This document shows positions 23,128 to 37,295 of a stretch of DNA of 64,000 nucleotides, piece after piece; within the stretch, counting starts at the first letter, position 1; the number at the start of each line of letters is the position of its first letter. The notes under the pieces are model-generated. The model was given only the letters and a program-made list of their open reading frames with translations, was not told where the DNA came from and ran no database searches. A program made the translations under genes and the position numbers. Origin of the DNA: Eledone cirrhosa. Lineage: Eukaryota. The stretch is taken from assembly GCA_964016885.1 (NCBI GenBank), contig OZ024741.1, forward strand, positions 352,904,001 through 352,968,000, read 5' to 3'.

Positions 23128-26100
23128 GTTCTTCTGGTTTTATAATTTTATAAATTTTATAAAGAGAAAGAGTCGGTTTCTAACATAGATACAAGACTCT
23201 CTCATTGGAATTTACACAAAATCAACTAAGTAGATATGTATGCATGTCTGCATGCATGCGTGTGTAAGTATGGGTGTTATTGTATGTGTGTATGTGTATG
23301 TTTTAAGTTGTATGTGTGCATATGCATATGCTTTGTATTTTTACGAGTCTATATGCAGTTATTAGATACAGAATTTTTGGAATGTTTTACATATTTTTAC
23401 TGTTCCATTGGATTGTACTTGTAACACAACCAGTCGTGTTCTTTTTGCTTCTGTGAAGCCCAGCTTCTCAAGATTTGTATTGAGGCAGTTACTAACATAC
23501 CCCAGTGCCCCAATAATCACAGGCATAAATCTGAAGGTATAGTCAAGATGGATTATCTGCAGAATTCTTATTAGTTCTGCATAGATATTTTCCTTTTCGC
23601 TAATCTTTGATATTATATTGGCATCTGCTGGGCAGCTAATTTCCACTACTGTGCATGCTTTCTTCTCTCTGTCCCATATCATAATATCTGGTCTGTTATA
23701 CCTGCATTTTATTGGGATTTTTACTGGAACATTCCACCAGTACTCTTTCATATTATGTACATGGATGTCTTCCACATTGCTATAGCTTTTAATGTGTTTA
23801 TTATCGTGGCTATCTTTTCTACGGATTGCATTGTACAGTGTTTTGGCCACTACATCATGCCTTATAGGTAGAAAGTACCGCGATGACATCTTTGGACAGC
23901 TGCTGATGACATGGGTGATATCCTCGATGTTAGTTCTGCAGAGTCTGCACTTGTTATCACATCTAGGTGTTTTGCCTGCATCCCTTTCTCTTTTGTGAAT
24001 TAGGTATTTCGTGTTAATCTCCTGTTCTTGGATTGCAAAAGCGTATCCTTCAAAGTGGGAGCCAATATAGCAGTTGTTGGTCCAAGATGGACTACTTTCC
24101 TTATCTATATTACTCTCACTCTGGAGCTTCCAGGCAACATATCCATGCATGATTTTTTGCTGATAAGTATGCAGTTTTTCATCCATGGATTCACTGCGAT
24201 ACTGCTGAGCGACTTCCCTGGGTGTGAGTTTTTGATTATCACACAGAGAATATCTCTCGAGGAGTTCCTTCCCAACTCTCATGATCTTATCTATCATGCA
24301 GATAGACTTGTTCGAGAAACGGGCTCCTACGCTTCGAGGTTTGTAGATGTTGTCGGAGGGATATGATGCGACATTCAAATGTTGTCTGGACTGATGTTAG
24401 GCGTCTGCCTTCCTGCTTACGTTTCAAATAAAGGCGGTCTATGTCACTGTTGATGTGGAAGTTTCTGGTGTTGTTTAGTATTTTTCGAGTTCCAACATCA
24501 ACTGCTCGGATTTCGTCTATCGTCCAATTGAGTATTCCAAACGTTGGTGTTAGGACAGGCACAGCAAACACATTGTGAGCCACTGTTTTATTGTGCGCAG
24601 AGAGTTCCGATGACCAGATCTTTCTTAATCGGGTGTAGTATTCCCTGATTACGCGTTTTTTATTACAGATACCATTATAGGATATGTTCTCATCTATCCC
24701 CAGGTATCTGTAGCAGCCCTCATCAGATGTCGGTGAAACAGTTAGGCCATTGATGACAATGTTGCTAGATTGAGTTGTTGTTCTTCCCCGCTTTACAGTC
24801 ATGTATGAGCATTTATCTTGGCCAAACTCCATTCCTATATCCTTTGAGAACGTTGTAACCAGGTCAAGACTTTTCTTCATCCCATCCATGTTCTTGGCAT
24901 AGAGTTTCAGATCGTCCACATATAAATTATGGGTTAGGTTCGTATTTCTGTCCTCCTGTGAGCCAATGATGTATCAATCACATTTCTTGAGCAGAAAGGA
25001 CAAGGGGTTTAATGACAACATGAATAATATCACAGAGAGACTGTTCCCCTGAAATATACCCCTGAAATATTTTAATTTATCAGTGAAAATAGAGTCCTCC
25101 CTCTCTGTCTTTAACCTTAGGATAGTAGCCCAAGAAAAAGATAGCCTCTCTATGGCTCTGACAATAATGTCTGGGACTTTAGCAAGTTGGAGGGCCTCTT
25201 TCATCCAAGAGTGGGGAACAGAATCGAAAGCTTTCCTGTAGTCCAGCCAGACTGTAGCCATATTCCTCCTAAGTTGTCGCACCTCCGACATCGCAGTTTT
25301 GTTGATTAGGAGTTATTCAGCACATCCCCAAACCCCTTTCTTTCCAGCTGCTTGTTCATCTGTGATGATGTTATTATTTTCACAGTGATCTTGGAGGAAT
25401 AGATTCAGGCAGGCTGTATACATCTTATACATCAGGTTATGGCATGCAATGGGTCGGTAGTTTTTTGCCAAGTGGGTGTCTTTTGTCTTGAGGAACAGTA
25501 ATGTTTGTGCTAATGTCAACCATTCTGGTATAAGTGTATCTCCCTTAAGAACTTCTTGGTAGAGGTCAGTAAGATACCTCCGATAGAATATCAGTTTTTT
25601 GTACCAGTAGCCAACAATCATGTCTCTTCCTGGTGTTTTCTTATCTTGGAGTTTTCCTATCACAGTCTCAAGAGTACCCTCACTTATTTCGTATGTTTTT
25701 ATTGTAGTGTAGGAGCAATAGTTCTTTCGGATTTCTCTTAGCTACACTGCATCTTGGTTGAAATTCTTCTTTTCACCCCATATTTTTCTCCAAAAGGAAT
25801 CTATGTCTTTCTGGAATGGGGCCTCAGTGACACTTATTATTTTGCCCTTCATATCTCTATAGACTGATGTTTGGTTTCGTCTGAATCTTTTATTAAGCAC
25901 TTTTCTCTCATCTACCTTCTTCAGGTATCGGCGTTTTTCGCTAACAGCTCTCAATTCTTGTTTGAGGGTGATCAGCTTATATTGGAGAGTTCTGGTTCTA
26001 CTGTTACCAAACATCGTCTCTATTTTATTTTTCACTCTTTGTTGGTGAGGAGTGAGGTTTTTTTGTGTTTGTTTGCATGTAAGGAGCATTGTCACATATC

Positions 26101-27254
26101 CTATGTTTTTTCGTAGGTCAGCAATCTTTTTTTCTATTTTAGTTATATATGATGGTATTTTTGGTGGTGTTCTGTTCTTGTTAATATCTCTCCTATCACC
26201 AAGCTAATGCTTAACTGTCGTTGCTAAGGCATATAAACAGGCGTTGATTTGCCAAAATGTTGGGGTTTTTATCCGTCGTAAATATTCATCCCCTATTTCG
26301 TCAATAACACGTAATATTTCATTATTTGGTTTTTTATTAAACATTGTCGTTTTAATACGTTCAGCAAGAGAGATATTTATACATGAATTAATTTCTCTCT
26401 GGAAGATTTTGTTGAGGGAAATTTTCAATTGTTTATAGTTTTGATTATTATCATTATCGATAGTATTTTCCACAGCAGTCGAGGTAGACTCGGATGGTAC
26501 ACGTGGTGTCAAATTTTTCGATTATTATTATTATTTCTTCGATTATTATTATTATCGATAGTGTTTTCCCCAGCATTCGAGGTAGACTTAGATGGTACAG
26601 GTGGTGTCAAGTTTCTTACAGGCATAGTTGTTTCAAGGCACTGTTCGACCTGGCTGCTAGGAAGTCTAGTAGCATGGCGACCTGTAGCACGTGTTGTTGA
26701 TGACTTGTTTGTTGTGGGGGACTTACAATTAATAATATTTATCTTATTTTTACGTTCAACAAACGTCGCTTGTTGGCATAATTGTTTCGCTGTGAAATAA
26801 TTTAGCTCTGGGTGTATTTCGTCCCAGTGTATCTTCATTCTGTTCATATAGCCAATGGAGGGATTGTTTTTTGCCATTTTATAACAATTAAATAAATCAT
26901 TATTAAGTTCGCAACTCCAAGAGAAATGCGATTTATAATTTCGGCTTCTTCTGTAGCTACTAGTGAATAAAGTTCGTTTACCTTCCTTGTTATTTGTCTT
27001 CGGTACTTCGTTAATTTAGTTGTTGATCTTGTGTTCAGCCATGCTGTTTGTAGCAAATCCTTGTAAATTGAATTATGTATTTAGTCGGATATATCTACGA
27101 ATTCGAATAAAAGGTGTCTTCAGAAGATATAGTTAGAAGAATAACCAGTTATTCAACATGACTGTAGTTGTGGCATAACTGTCGGAGATAGTATTCATCT
27201 TAAATTTAATAAATAGTCTCCCACGCCAAAATATGCGACTGATCGCGTTGACTG

Positions 27255-27255
<1 letters not shown>
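23128..27255 (-). mobile_element. Apparently full-length (about 4.1 kb) R4/Dong-type LINE, frameshifted
   Basis: Successive ORFs: GYMNRMKIHWDE..L.QQA; KTPGRDMIVGYWYK..NYRPIAC; WLDYRKAFDSVPHSW..GIFQGNSLS; DDLKLY; CRLC..HVISSC..RHD..RPDIMIWD..VEISCP (RT, CCHC, PD..E RLE). Both ends abut (TATG)n-type tracts. Confidence 0.95.
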
Positions 27256-27286
<31 letters not shown>

Positions 27287-27322
27287 TGTATGTATGTATG
27301 TATGTATGTATGTATGTATGTA

Positions 27323-27625
27323 TTGATGGGGTCCATAATTTTGAGGACAGACGCATAGAGCACGAGAAGATCAAACGGGATGTGCGTAAGCAATGCCCTG
27401 GTGTATCTCTCGAAACGATCGGTGTCTCCATTGAATTGAAGTGTGGAAAAATTTGCTTGAGCAAATCTGGTCTCAGGAACCGCTGTCGCAGCCATATTCA
27501 ATGAGAACCAGTGAACTATGATATCCACAGTATTGTGAAGTTTAACAAGCAACCTTTTGCAAGACCTGAGGGCATGGAGATCCATTGTTGTCGTCAATGT
27601 GCGAAGGAGTGCAAGTCTCTAGCAC
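27323..27625 (+). mobile_element. RTE LINE C-terminal fragment
   Basis: FEDRRIEHEKIKRDVRK..CGKICLSKSGL..RSH matches FEASRIAHEKVKRDVRK..CARLCLSKAGLESHLRSH in 33894..35951. Confidence 0.85.
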
Positions 27626-27766
27626 CGAGTGTCACACATTTGAATCTGATAAGCGATTGCAAAACTCTTAGTAGAGTTTGCAGCCATCATGTATGTATGT
27701 ACGAACGCATGTATGTACGTATGTACATGCGTATGTATGTATGTACGTATGTATGTATGTATGTAT

Positions 27767-28377
27767 GTCAGGTCACCAGTTGGTGCTACTGGTAACATGT
27801 ATCCCAGTACAACCTGTCTCATGGTCGGGTCGTTGGCGACTAAACTGGCAACCCCACCAAGGTTTCTTGGTGAGGAGGGTGACTTTGGACATCCTGCAGG
27901 ACTAAAAAAAAAAACCTGTCAAAGGGCAAAGGAGCTCTTAAGAGTCAATGGCCATCCAAAATCACCGGGAGAGATGACCCCTTAGCCTTTGTCAAGGCAG
28001 AATTCTAGGAGAAGGAAAACTCTGATATAACACCTGCAACCCTGATGGTATCCAATGATGTTGACTTGTTCTTCTTTTTGGTAAATATCATCTTGGTTAA
28101 GAGAGTGGGACTGGCTTTGTGCAGTGCCTTTGCTCACTATAAAAGCTTCACGGCACAGGCATTGCTTTGTATTTGGAGATCTCTCTGCACTTGTCGTCAC
28201 ATGGTGCCGTGGGCCCAGCACTATGTGTCAAGAATTGTCACAGGTGTAGTGTTTGTACCAGAGTTTTCAAGTCGCTGGCTGGACTAAAAAGTCACACCTG
28301 TTTAGCGCATCGGTAGGAGTTCTCCTACATGGATATAAAGTAGTGGCCGTACTCGAAAACGAGTTGGCAGCCACCAT
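27767..28377 (+). mobile_element. RTE-derived bipartite non-autonomous retroposon (about 610 bp), subfamily 1
   Basis: Middle resembles RTE 5' UTR (32115-32320); 3' part resembles last RTE zinc finger (SLAGLKSH) and 3' UTR (36311-36345); (TATG)n on both sides. Confidence 0.9.
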
Positions 28378-28438
28378 GTATATGTATATATATGTATGTA
28401 AGTATGTATGTATGTATGTATGTATGTATGTATGTATG

Positions 28439-30397
28439 TTTTCTCTTTCTCTTAATTTCGAGTATATTTTTTTGACCGGCCACCTTCCTGGTGGCAAGGT
28501 TGTAAAAGAAAAGAAATTGTCATCCCTTGAATCGCAAGAATGTTTTGCATATTTTGAAGGTGCCAGCTATCGCAGCCATTTGTAGACTATGAATTAGGGA
28601 GCTGCGCTTTTTGTCCGCAAATCCAAGTTCGGTCATACTTTGGTCCAAGCGGGTTGGTATATAACCCGTAGCACCAATAATGATGGGTATGAAGCTAAAG
28701 GTGTATCTTGGATACTGGATTTGTAAGCTCCTCATCAATGGTCCGTAGATGTCCTCCTTCTCCTGTATTTTTCTGACAACGTTTACATCAAGTGGGCAGC
28801 TGATCTCCACAACAGAACACGTTTTCAATGTGTGGTCCCAAACTACCATATCAGGCCGGTTGTGCTTTAATTTGGTGGCAGTTTTTATTTTCAGGTTCCA
28901 CCAGTATTCCTTAGTGCCATCTGTCTCAATATATTCTTCCTCGTTTGTTGTTAATTTTGTTTTCCGAAGTGCGTTCCAGATAGTTCTAGCTATCCCATCG
29001 TGTCTCATGGGGAGGTAGTAGCGAGATGACATTCTTTCGCAGCTGGCAACAATGTGGCTTACATCCTCGATCTTTGTTTTACATAGCCTACATTTATTGT
29101 CAGCTGCTGGCCCTCCTCTTTTGTGCAGCAGATATTTGGTAGGGAGTTCTTGTTCCTGTATTGCATAGAGATATCCCTCAAGGTGTGATGTCATAAACTT
29201 GTCGGAACTCCATGCCAGGCTTTTTGAGTGGTTTATCCCCTCTATGGTCTGTGTTTTACGCCTCAAGTATCCATGCACAACTTTCTCTGTAAATTGGTCA
29301 ATTTTTTTTTCTTGTTTGAACATTGAATAGGATCTTCCGATTTCTCTGGGTGAGAGATTTATATCAGGCTTTATTCCATATCTCTCCTCCAGATCAGTCG
29401 CTATTCTAATGATATTTCTTTTTTCATGCTCATAAACCTGAGCAAGATGGTCGCCAACCTTTTTCCTCTGTTGAAGGTGTTGCTTCAGTGTTACTATCCG
29501 GGTCTCATATGTTGTTAATATTGATTTTAGACCCCGGCCACCTTCCTTGCGTGAGAAGTATAGCCTATCCACATCACCATTGATGTTAAAGTTCCCAGTA
29601 ACACTGAGAAGTTTACGAGTTCTAACATCCATCTCACTTAGTTCTTGCAATGACCAGTTCAGTAGGCCACATGTTGGCGTTATAATTGGCACAGCATAGG
29701 TATTGTGGGCAATGTATTTGTTGTATGCTGACAGTTCTGATGACCATATTTTTTTTACTCTTCTGAGGTATTCAGTTCTGGTTCTCTCCTTATTTATGGG
29801 TCCATCATATCTGACATTCTCATCCTGTCCAAGATATCTGTAGTTGTCACCTGACTGCAGAGGTTGTATTGTCAGGCCGTTCATATCTAGATTTCTAGAG
29901 GAGGGCACAGCTCTTCCACGTTTTACTGCCAAATATGCACACTTGGACTCACCAAATTTCATTTTGATGTCGGTTGAAAATTGTGTAATGAGGTCCAATT
30001 GTTTCTTGATGTCATTGATATTTGGCCCATACAACTTCAGGTCATCAACAAAGAAAAGATGGGAGATACTTCTGGGCCCACTTCTTTGTCCACCTTGTTT
30101 CCTGAGTAGGTAAGATAGTGGATTCAGTGAGAGAACGAAGAGTAGTACTGACAAGCTATCACCCTGAAAGATGCCCTTCTGGTAATGTATCCTATCAGTC
30201 TTAACCTGCTCCTTCTCACCTCTAAGGATCAAATTGGTGTACCAGTTCTTGGTCAGGCGTTCAACAGCAGCTACTAATGGTTGTGGGACTTTAGCTAACT
30301 GTAAAGCCTTAATAATCCACCCATGAGGTACACTATCAAATGCTTTTTGATAGTCCAGCCACACGAGTCATGTTTCTGCGATTCTTTGTTGTTTTCT
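28439..30397 (-). mobile_element. 5'-truncated R4/Dong-type LINE with uninterrupted 614-aa RT/CCHC/RLE frame (28520..30364)
   Basis: WLDYQKAFDSVPH, GIFQGDSLS, FVDDLKLY, CRLC..HIVASC, RHD, RPDMVVWD..VEISCP; no stops; (TATG)n on both sides. Confidence 0.95.
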
Positions 30398-30508
30398 ATG
30401 TATGTATGTATGTATGTATGTATGTATGTATGTATGTATGTATGTATGTATGTATGTATGTATGTATGTGTGTGTATGTATGTATATGTATATGTGTATG
30501 TATGTATA

Positions 30509-30544
<36 letters not shown>

Positions 30545-30580
30545 TGTATGTATGTGTATGTGTGTATGTATGTATATGTG

Positions 30581-30614
<34 letters not shown>

Positions 30615-30672
30615 TGTATGTATGTATGTATGTATGTATGTATGTATGTGTATGTGTGTATGTATGTATATG

Positions 30673-30708
<36 letters not shown>

Positions 30709-32043
30709 TGTATGTATGTATGTATGTATGTATGTATATATATGTATATATGTATATATGTATGTATGAACTAGATACATCTCACTGTCCCCACCACCAC
30801 AATAACGTCTACACTCTCTCCCCACCATCACATGTCATTACCATACCATACCCTATCTAGACTAAAGTCATCGACCTGTTGTCAAACTCTCTACTCTCTG
30901 TTGAATGTATATATATATGTGTGTGTGTGTATATGTGTGTATATACATCACTCAGTCAAACAACCAGATTTCAACCCCAACATCTACAACAACAACAACA
31001 CCGGCACTAATGTTTACAGCAACAACAGCTTCAGAATGAACTGAAATGAACATTTACAACAATTACAACAACAACAACAACAACAGCGGCATCAAAACAT
31101 AAAAAAAGGAAGGGAAAAGAAAAAGAAAAGGGGAAGGGGAAAAAAAAAAGAAAAGAAAAAAAACCCCTCAAAATAACAAAAAACACACACACACAACACA
31201 ACAACAACATCAACTGCCACCACCACCACCACCGCCATCACCATCACCAGCGACCTGGCCTTAAGAAAACAACTTTAATAATAATTTTTTCTGCTTTTGG
31301 CACGGATCCAGCGACTAGCCCAGCGCATCGCTGGTACTCTCTTTTGTTGACTCCGTGGAGAGCCATAACTCTATGCTGTAAAGCAATTATAGTAATACTG
31401 GACTGTAATACGATCGGCTTCAACTATACAAACTCTTGAAAGTCAACAGTTGACATAATCTTGTAATCTTGTATCAGTAATGACGGTAATATATATATAT
31501 ATATACATGGAAAGTTATATTTAAATTGTTGGGTTAACAACGAGTAAATATTTATAACTGATATAAAAGCACTCAACAAGTATTTGGAGTATATTTATGA
31601 TATTAAATAAATGGAAACTATATTTATAAAACCATATTTATTTCGTTATATATATTTCAGGGATATCATATTAACTAATATGATTAATATCATATTAATT
31701 AATATCATACTACCAAATCAACCTCCCAAATGCAAGGTGATTGAAAGGTATGTCGTATCTATTTATTTATAAGACTGTTTATATTGTATTTTGTCTGAAG
31801 ATGGCATAACATATTGTTAATATGACATCCCTGAAATATATATAACGAAATAAATATGGTTTTATAAATATAGTTTCCATTTATATATATATATATATAT
31901 GTGATGGTGTGCGTGTAAGTGAGTAGAGTAGCGTGTGTGTGTTTGTTGTATGTATGAGTGTTGCTGTGCGCGCGCATATGTATGCGTGTGTGTGTATGTC
32001 GTACGTATAAGTGTCAATAAGTGATTTTTTTTTTTTTTTTTTT

Positions 32044-35000
32044 GCGCGCGGGCACATAGAAGTAATCGGGCTGGATGCCCGATCGCGCAGTTAAACCACT
32101 GGGAGTGAAGAACCCCTAGCCCTTGTCAGGGCATTCTTCTAGGAGAAGGCATCTCAGGAAACTGGGTTAACTCCGATATAAAACCTGCGGCTCAGTAGTT
32201 ACCGATGATGTTGATCTTTTCTTCTTTTCGGGTTATAGCTACTGTCGCTCAGAGAGTGGGATTGGCTCAGTGCACAGTCTTTCCTCACTTTAAAAATATT
32301 CGTCACGCACAGGCATTGCACGAGTGCATTAATAATTATTAATAGTGTACTATTATTATTATTATTATTATTACTATTATTATTACTTTTTTTTTTTTTT
32401 CCAATTCAATGATGTTCCAGAACAATGTAAACGAGATAATTGCCAATTTAGGTTCTGGAACAAAAAAGATCATTGGCAATAAGGGCAGGGGCCCCAAGTT
32501 ATCACAACCTGGGCCCGCCCGTCATCGTGCCATTGTAATAGAGCCAAACAGGGCATTCAGTCTTGGCTGCTGGAACGTACGGACGCTGCTTGACAGGGAT
32601 TCTTTGGAGCGTCCTGAACGAAGGACCGCTCTTGTTGCAAAGGAGCTTCGACGTTACGATCTTGACATCGTGGCTTTATCTGAGACGAGGTTAGCTGGAG
32701 ATGGTCATCTTACGGAATTTTGTGGAGAATATACATTCTACTGGAACGGAAGAGATGAAGGAACCAGAAGAGAGGCTGGGGTAGGATTTGCTGTTAAGAC
32801 TGTACTTGTGAATAAATTAGAAGAATTCCCAGTAGGGATTAGTGAGCGTCTTATGTCCATGAGAGTTCCGCTGGACAAGGGAAGATATGCTACCCTGGTG
32901 AGTGTGTATGCTCCAACTATGAATTCTGTCGATGAAGAAAAACTGTCCTTTTACCATGCCTTGAAAGGTGTTCTAAGAAATATCCCTCAGGCAGACAAAG
33001 TCATCGTGCTTGGTGACTTTAATGCTAGAGTGGGTAGGGATATTAACACATGGAATGTAATCGGAAGGCATGGGGTGGGAAAGTGTAACAGCAATGGTAT
33101 GCTCTTGCTGCAGATGTGTGAGGAGCTGGAGCTGTGTGTTACCAACACCATGTTCCAACAAAAGAACAAATTCAAGACCACATGGATGCATCCTGCATCT
33201 AAGGAATGGCATCTTTTGGACTACGTCCTAGTCAGGATGCGTGACAGACGGGATGTGCAGTGTGTTCGTGTTCTTCGTGGAGCTGAGTGCTGGACGGACC
33301 ACCGCCTGGTACGCGCAAAAGTGAATCTAATCACCAAACGTAAAATCCGGGCTCCTGGTGTTACCCTGCCCAAAAGATTGAATGCTGCACGTCTTAAGGA
33401 TAAAAATGTGAAGAGGACATTGGAAGAAGAGATGCAGGCTGCAGATCTTGGTGAGGATTGGCCGACCCTTAAAAAGTCGGTTTATGATGTAGGCAGACGT
33501 GTTCTGGGATTGGTGCAGAGAAAACATCAGGACTGGTTTAATGAGAATGATGTACATATAGAAGACTTGTTGGCTGATAAGAGGCGTGCTCTGTCACGCT
33601 ACTTGACGGCAAAACCACAGGAGAGGAATACGTTGCATGAGGAGCTCAGGGATGTAAAATCACGTGTTAGGCGGAGTCTTTCTCAGATGAAGGATCAGTG
33701 GTGGAGTGAGAAGGCTGGTGAGATACAAACTGCGTCTGATTGCAATAACACAAAGCTGTTGTACAGTCTCTTGCGTGAGGTTTATGGACCGTCTTCTTCT
33801 CTGGTGACACCGATTCGCAGCAAGGATGGCAAAGAACTTCTTCGTGACTCACAGGGAATTCTACGAAGGTAGCGAGAGCACTTTGATGATCTTTTGAATC
33901 AGCCGTCTGTCGTCAGTGAAGATTTCCTCAATCTCATTCCGGAAAGTCCTGTGAAAGTAGCTCTCGCAGAACCTCCGACGCTTGTGGAGGTTGCAGTGGC
34001 TATTTCGAAGCTGAGCAGTGGAAGATCTCCAGGTATGGATGGCATACATGCTGAGCTCCTACAATATGGTGGTGAGAGACTCCTGCAACATCTTCACTCT
34101 TTGTTTGGAAGGATATGGGCTAATGAATCCGTGCCTGAGGACTGGAGAGATGCAGTAATGGTGGTCTTGTACAAGGACAAGGGTAACAGGAATGATTGTG
34201 GGAACTACAGAGGTATATCATTGCTTTCTGTCGTAGGGAAAGTTTTATGTAGGGTGCTTCTGGACCGTCTGCTGACACACATTGCAGATTGTGTCCTTCC
34301 TGAAAGTCAATCTGGTTTTCGTGCTGGACACGGCACTACTGATATGATCTTCTCAGCTAGACAGCTCCAGGAGAAGTGCATTGAACAAGGCTTGGATCTG
34401 TATCAGGTTTTTGTCGATCTGACAAAGGCTTTCGATACTGTCAACAGAGATGCATTATGGAAGGTTCTCCAGAAACTTGGTTGCCCTGATAAGTTCCTTG
34501 CTTTAGTTAGGTCTTTCCATGACGACATGAAGGCTTGGGTTAATGTCGGAGGTAACATGTCGGAGCCTATCTCAGTAAAAAATGGAGTGAAACAGGGGGA
34601 TATTCCAGCACCGACCATGTTTGCCATATACTTTGCAATGGTTTTCTGTATTGCATTCAGGAATTGCGAGCATGGTGTTTACATCCGATATCGAACCTCA
34701 GGCAGCATATTTAACATCAGGCGCTTTGCTGCGAAGACAAAAGTATTTACATCAGTCATAAGAGACCTCTTGTATGCAGATGATTGCGATCTTGTAGCGC
34801 ACACAGAGAGTGATATGCAGCACATTTTGAATGCATTTTCTGACGCTTGCACTGCCCTGGGTTTGACTGTCAGTCTCAAGAAAACCGTCATGTACCAACC
34901 TGCCCCTAGTAAGCAGTACACTGAACCAAACATCTATGTGTATGGCAAACGACTTGGAGTGGTTGATCAGTTTGTCTACCTGGGAAGCACTGTCAATCGA

Positions 35001-36154
35001 TACGGCAACCTTGACAGTGAAATCTCACTTAGGATTAGGAAAGCAAGTGATGCTTTCGGAAAGCTAGAAAGGCGACTCTGGGGTCGGCGAGACATATGCA
35101 GGAGGACAAAGGTAAAGGTGTACAGGGCATGTGTACTCTCTTGTCTTCTTTATGCCTGCGAGACCTGGGTCACATATCGACGCCACCTTAAGCAATTGGA
35201 GCGTTTCCATCAGATGTGTCTCAGACGGATCCATGGCGTTCACTGGAGGGACCACATCAGTGATGTCGAGATTTTGGAAAGCTCTATGTGTGACAGTATA
35301 GAAGCTCTTGTGCTTAAGCAACGACTCCGTTGGAGTGGTCACCTTGCCAGGATGAAGGATTCTAGAATACCAAAACAACTCTTCTATGGAGAGTTGGTTA
35401 AAGGAAAACGACCGCCACATAAACCAAAAAAGAGGTATAAGGATTCCTTGAAAGCCTCTCTGAAAGACGCTAACATCTCTGCTGATACATGGGAAAATAT
35501 TGCTGCTGATCGTAATAAATGGAGAAAGACTGTATATGAGGGAAAAGTTGCCTTTGAGGCATCTCGAATCGCACACGAGAAAGTAAAGCGGGACGTGAGG
35601 AAGGGCATTGCTGTTGCACTTCCAGACGGCGAGGGTCCTCCTATGGTTCTGACATGCAGCGTCTGTGCGAGACTCTGCCTAAGCAAAGCTGGACTCGAAA
35701 GTCATCTTCGCAGTCATAAAGTAAGACCAGTGGTTGACTACCAGGCTGCTGTTGGAGATGCTACTCATCATGCTTGCCAAACATGTGGTACAGAATGTAA
35801 ATCAGCAGGAGGGCTCAAGCGACATGCAAAAGTACACGAACTCCAACCACAGCCGACTATTCCCAGTGAATGTTTCGGTTGCCGACTCTGTGCAAGACAT
35901 TTTAGATCATTGGCTGGGCTAAAAAGCCACATTCGATCGCAGCACTGTTAGTTGCTATCGTGTGTGTGTGTGTGTAGATATGCTTATGTGCGTGCGTGTG
36001 TGTGTATATATATTTGAATATGTATATTATTATTGTTGTTGTCGTTATTATTATTATTGCTATTATTATTATTATTATTATTATTATTGTTATTAATGTA
36101 TGTGTGTATATGTGTGAGTGTATGTGTATGTATGTGTGTATGTATATATGTATG

Positions 36155-36189
<35 letters not shown>

Positions 36190-36214
36190 CTTTTTTTCTT
36201 TCTTTTTTTTTTTA

Positions 36215-36245
<31 letters not shown>

Positions 36246-36345
36246 TTTTTTTTATTTTATTTTATTTTATTTTATTTTATTTTTTTTATTTTTTTTTTCT
36301 TCTCGTGCAATGGCCATACTCGATTACGAGGGGGCAGCCATCATA
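32044..36345 (+). mobile_element. Near full-length RTE-clade LINE (APE, RT, three C2H2 fingers)
   Basis: 5' UTR 32044-32330; APE motifs WNVRTL, ALSETR, VYAPT, GDFNARVG, LDYVL, TDHRLV; RT motifs DLTKAFD, GVKQG, YADD; 3' UTR ggccatactcgattacgagggggcagccatcat split from the ORF by microsatellites. Confidence 0.95.
32409..35951 (+). pseudogene. RTE ORF (APE-RT-zinc fingers) broken by one in-frame TAG at 33870-33872
   Basis: 32409..33872 and 33894..35951 are in the same frame; the junction reads ILRR*REHFDDLLNQPS where RTE proteins usually have W. Confidence 0.9.
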
Positions 36346-36909
36346 TATGTATGTATGTATATATGTATGTATGTATGTATATATATGTATATATGTATAT
36401 ATGTATGTATGTATATGTATGTGTATGTATGTATATGTATGTATATGTGTATATATGTATGTATGTATATGTGTGTATGTATGTATGTATATGTATGTAT
36501 GTATGTGTATGTGTATGTATGTATATATGTATGTATGTATGTGTATGTATATATATGTGTGTATGTATGTATATGTATATATGTGTGTGTGTATGTATGT
36601 ATGTATATGTATATGTATGTGTGTATGTATGTATGTGTATGTATATATGTGTATATGTGTATGTATGTATGTGTATATATGTATATATATGTGTATGTAT
36701 ATGTATGTATATATATGTGTATATGTGTATGTATGTATATGTGTATGTATGTATATGTATGTATGTATGTATATATATATATGTATGTATATATGTGTAT
36801 GTATGTTTGTGTATATGTGTATGTGTGTATGTATATGTATGTATGTATGTATGTGTATATGTATGTATATGTATATGTATATATATGTATGTATATATGT
36901 GTGTATGTA

Positions 36910-36940
<31 letters not shown>

Positions 36941-37254
36941 TTATATGTGTATATGTGTATGTATATATGTATATGTGTTTATATGTGTATATGTGTATGT
37001 GTATATATATATATATGTATGTATATGTATCTGTATATATGTATATATATTTATATGTGTATATATGTATATGTATGTGTGTATATATATTTATGTGTAT
37101 ATATGTATATGTATTTGTATGTATGTATATGTGTATATGTGTATGTGTGTATGTATATGTATATATATATATATGTGTATGTATGTGTGTATATGTGTAT
37201 GTATATTTATATGTATGTATATGTATATATACATACATCTGGCAGAAAGGTATA

Positions 37255-37295
37255 CGGTGCTGACGATAGCTAATAAGCTTGAAACTACTGCATCG
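37255..37295 (+). ncRNA. Degenerate type I hammerhead in a diverged relative of the 469-bp unit
   Basis: cggtg-CTGACGA-tagct aata agctt-GAAA-ctac-TG-catcg; cleavage site non-canonical. Confidence 0.55.
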
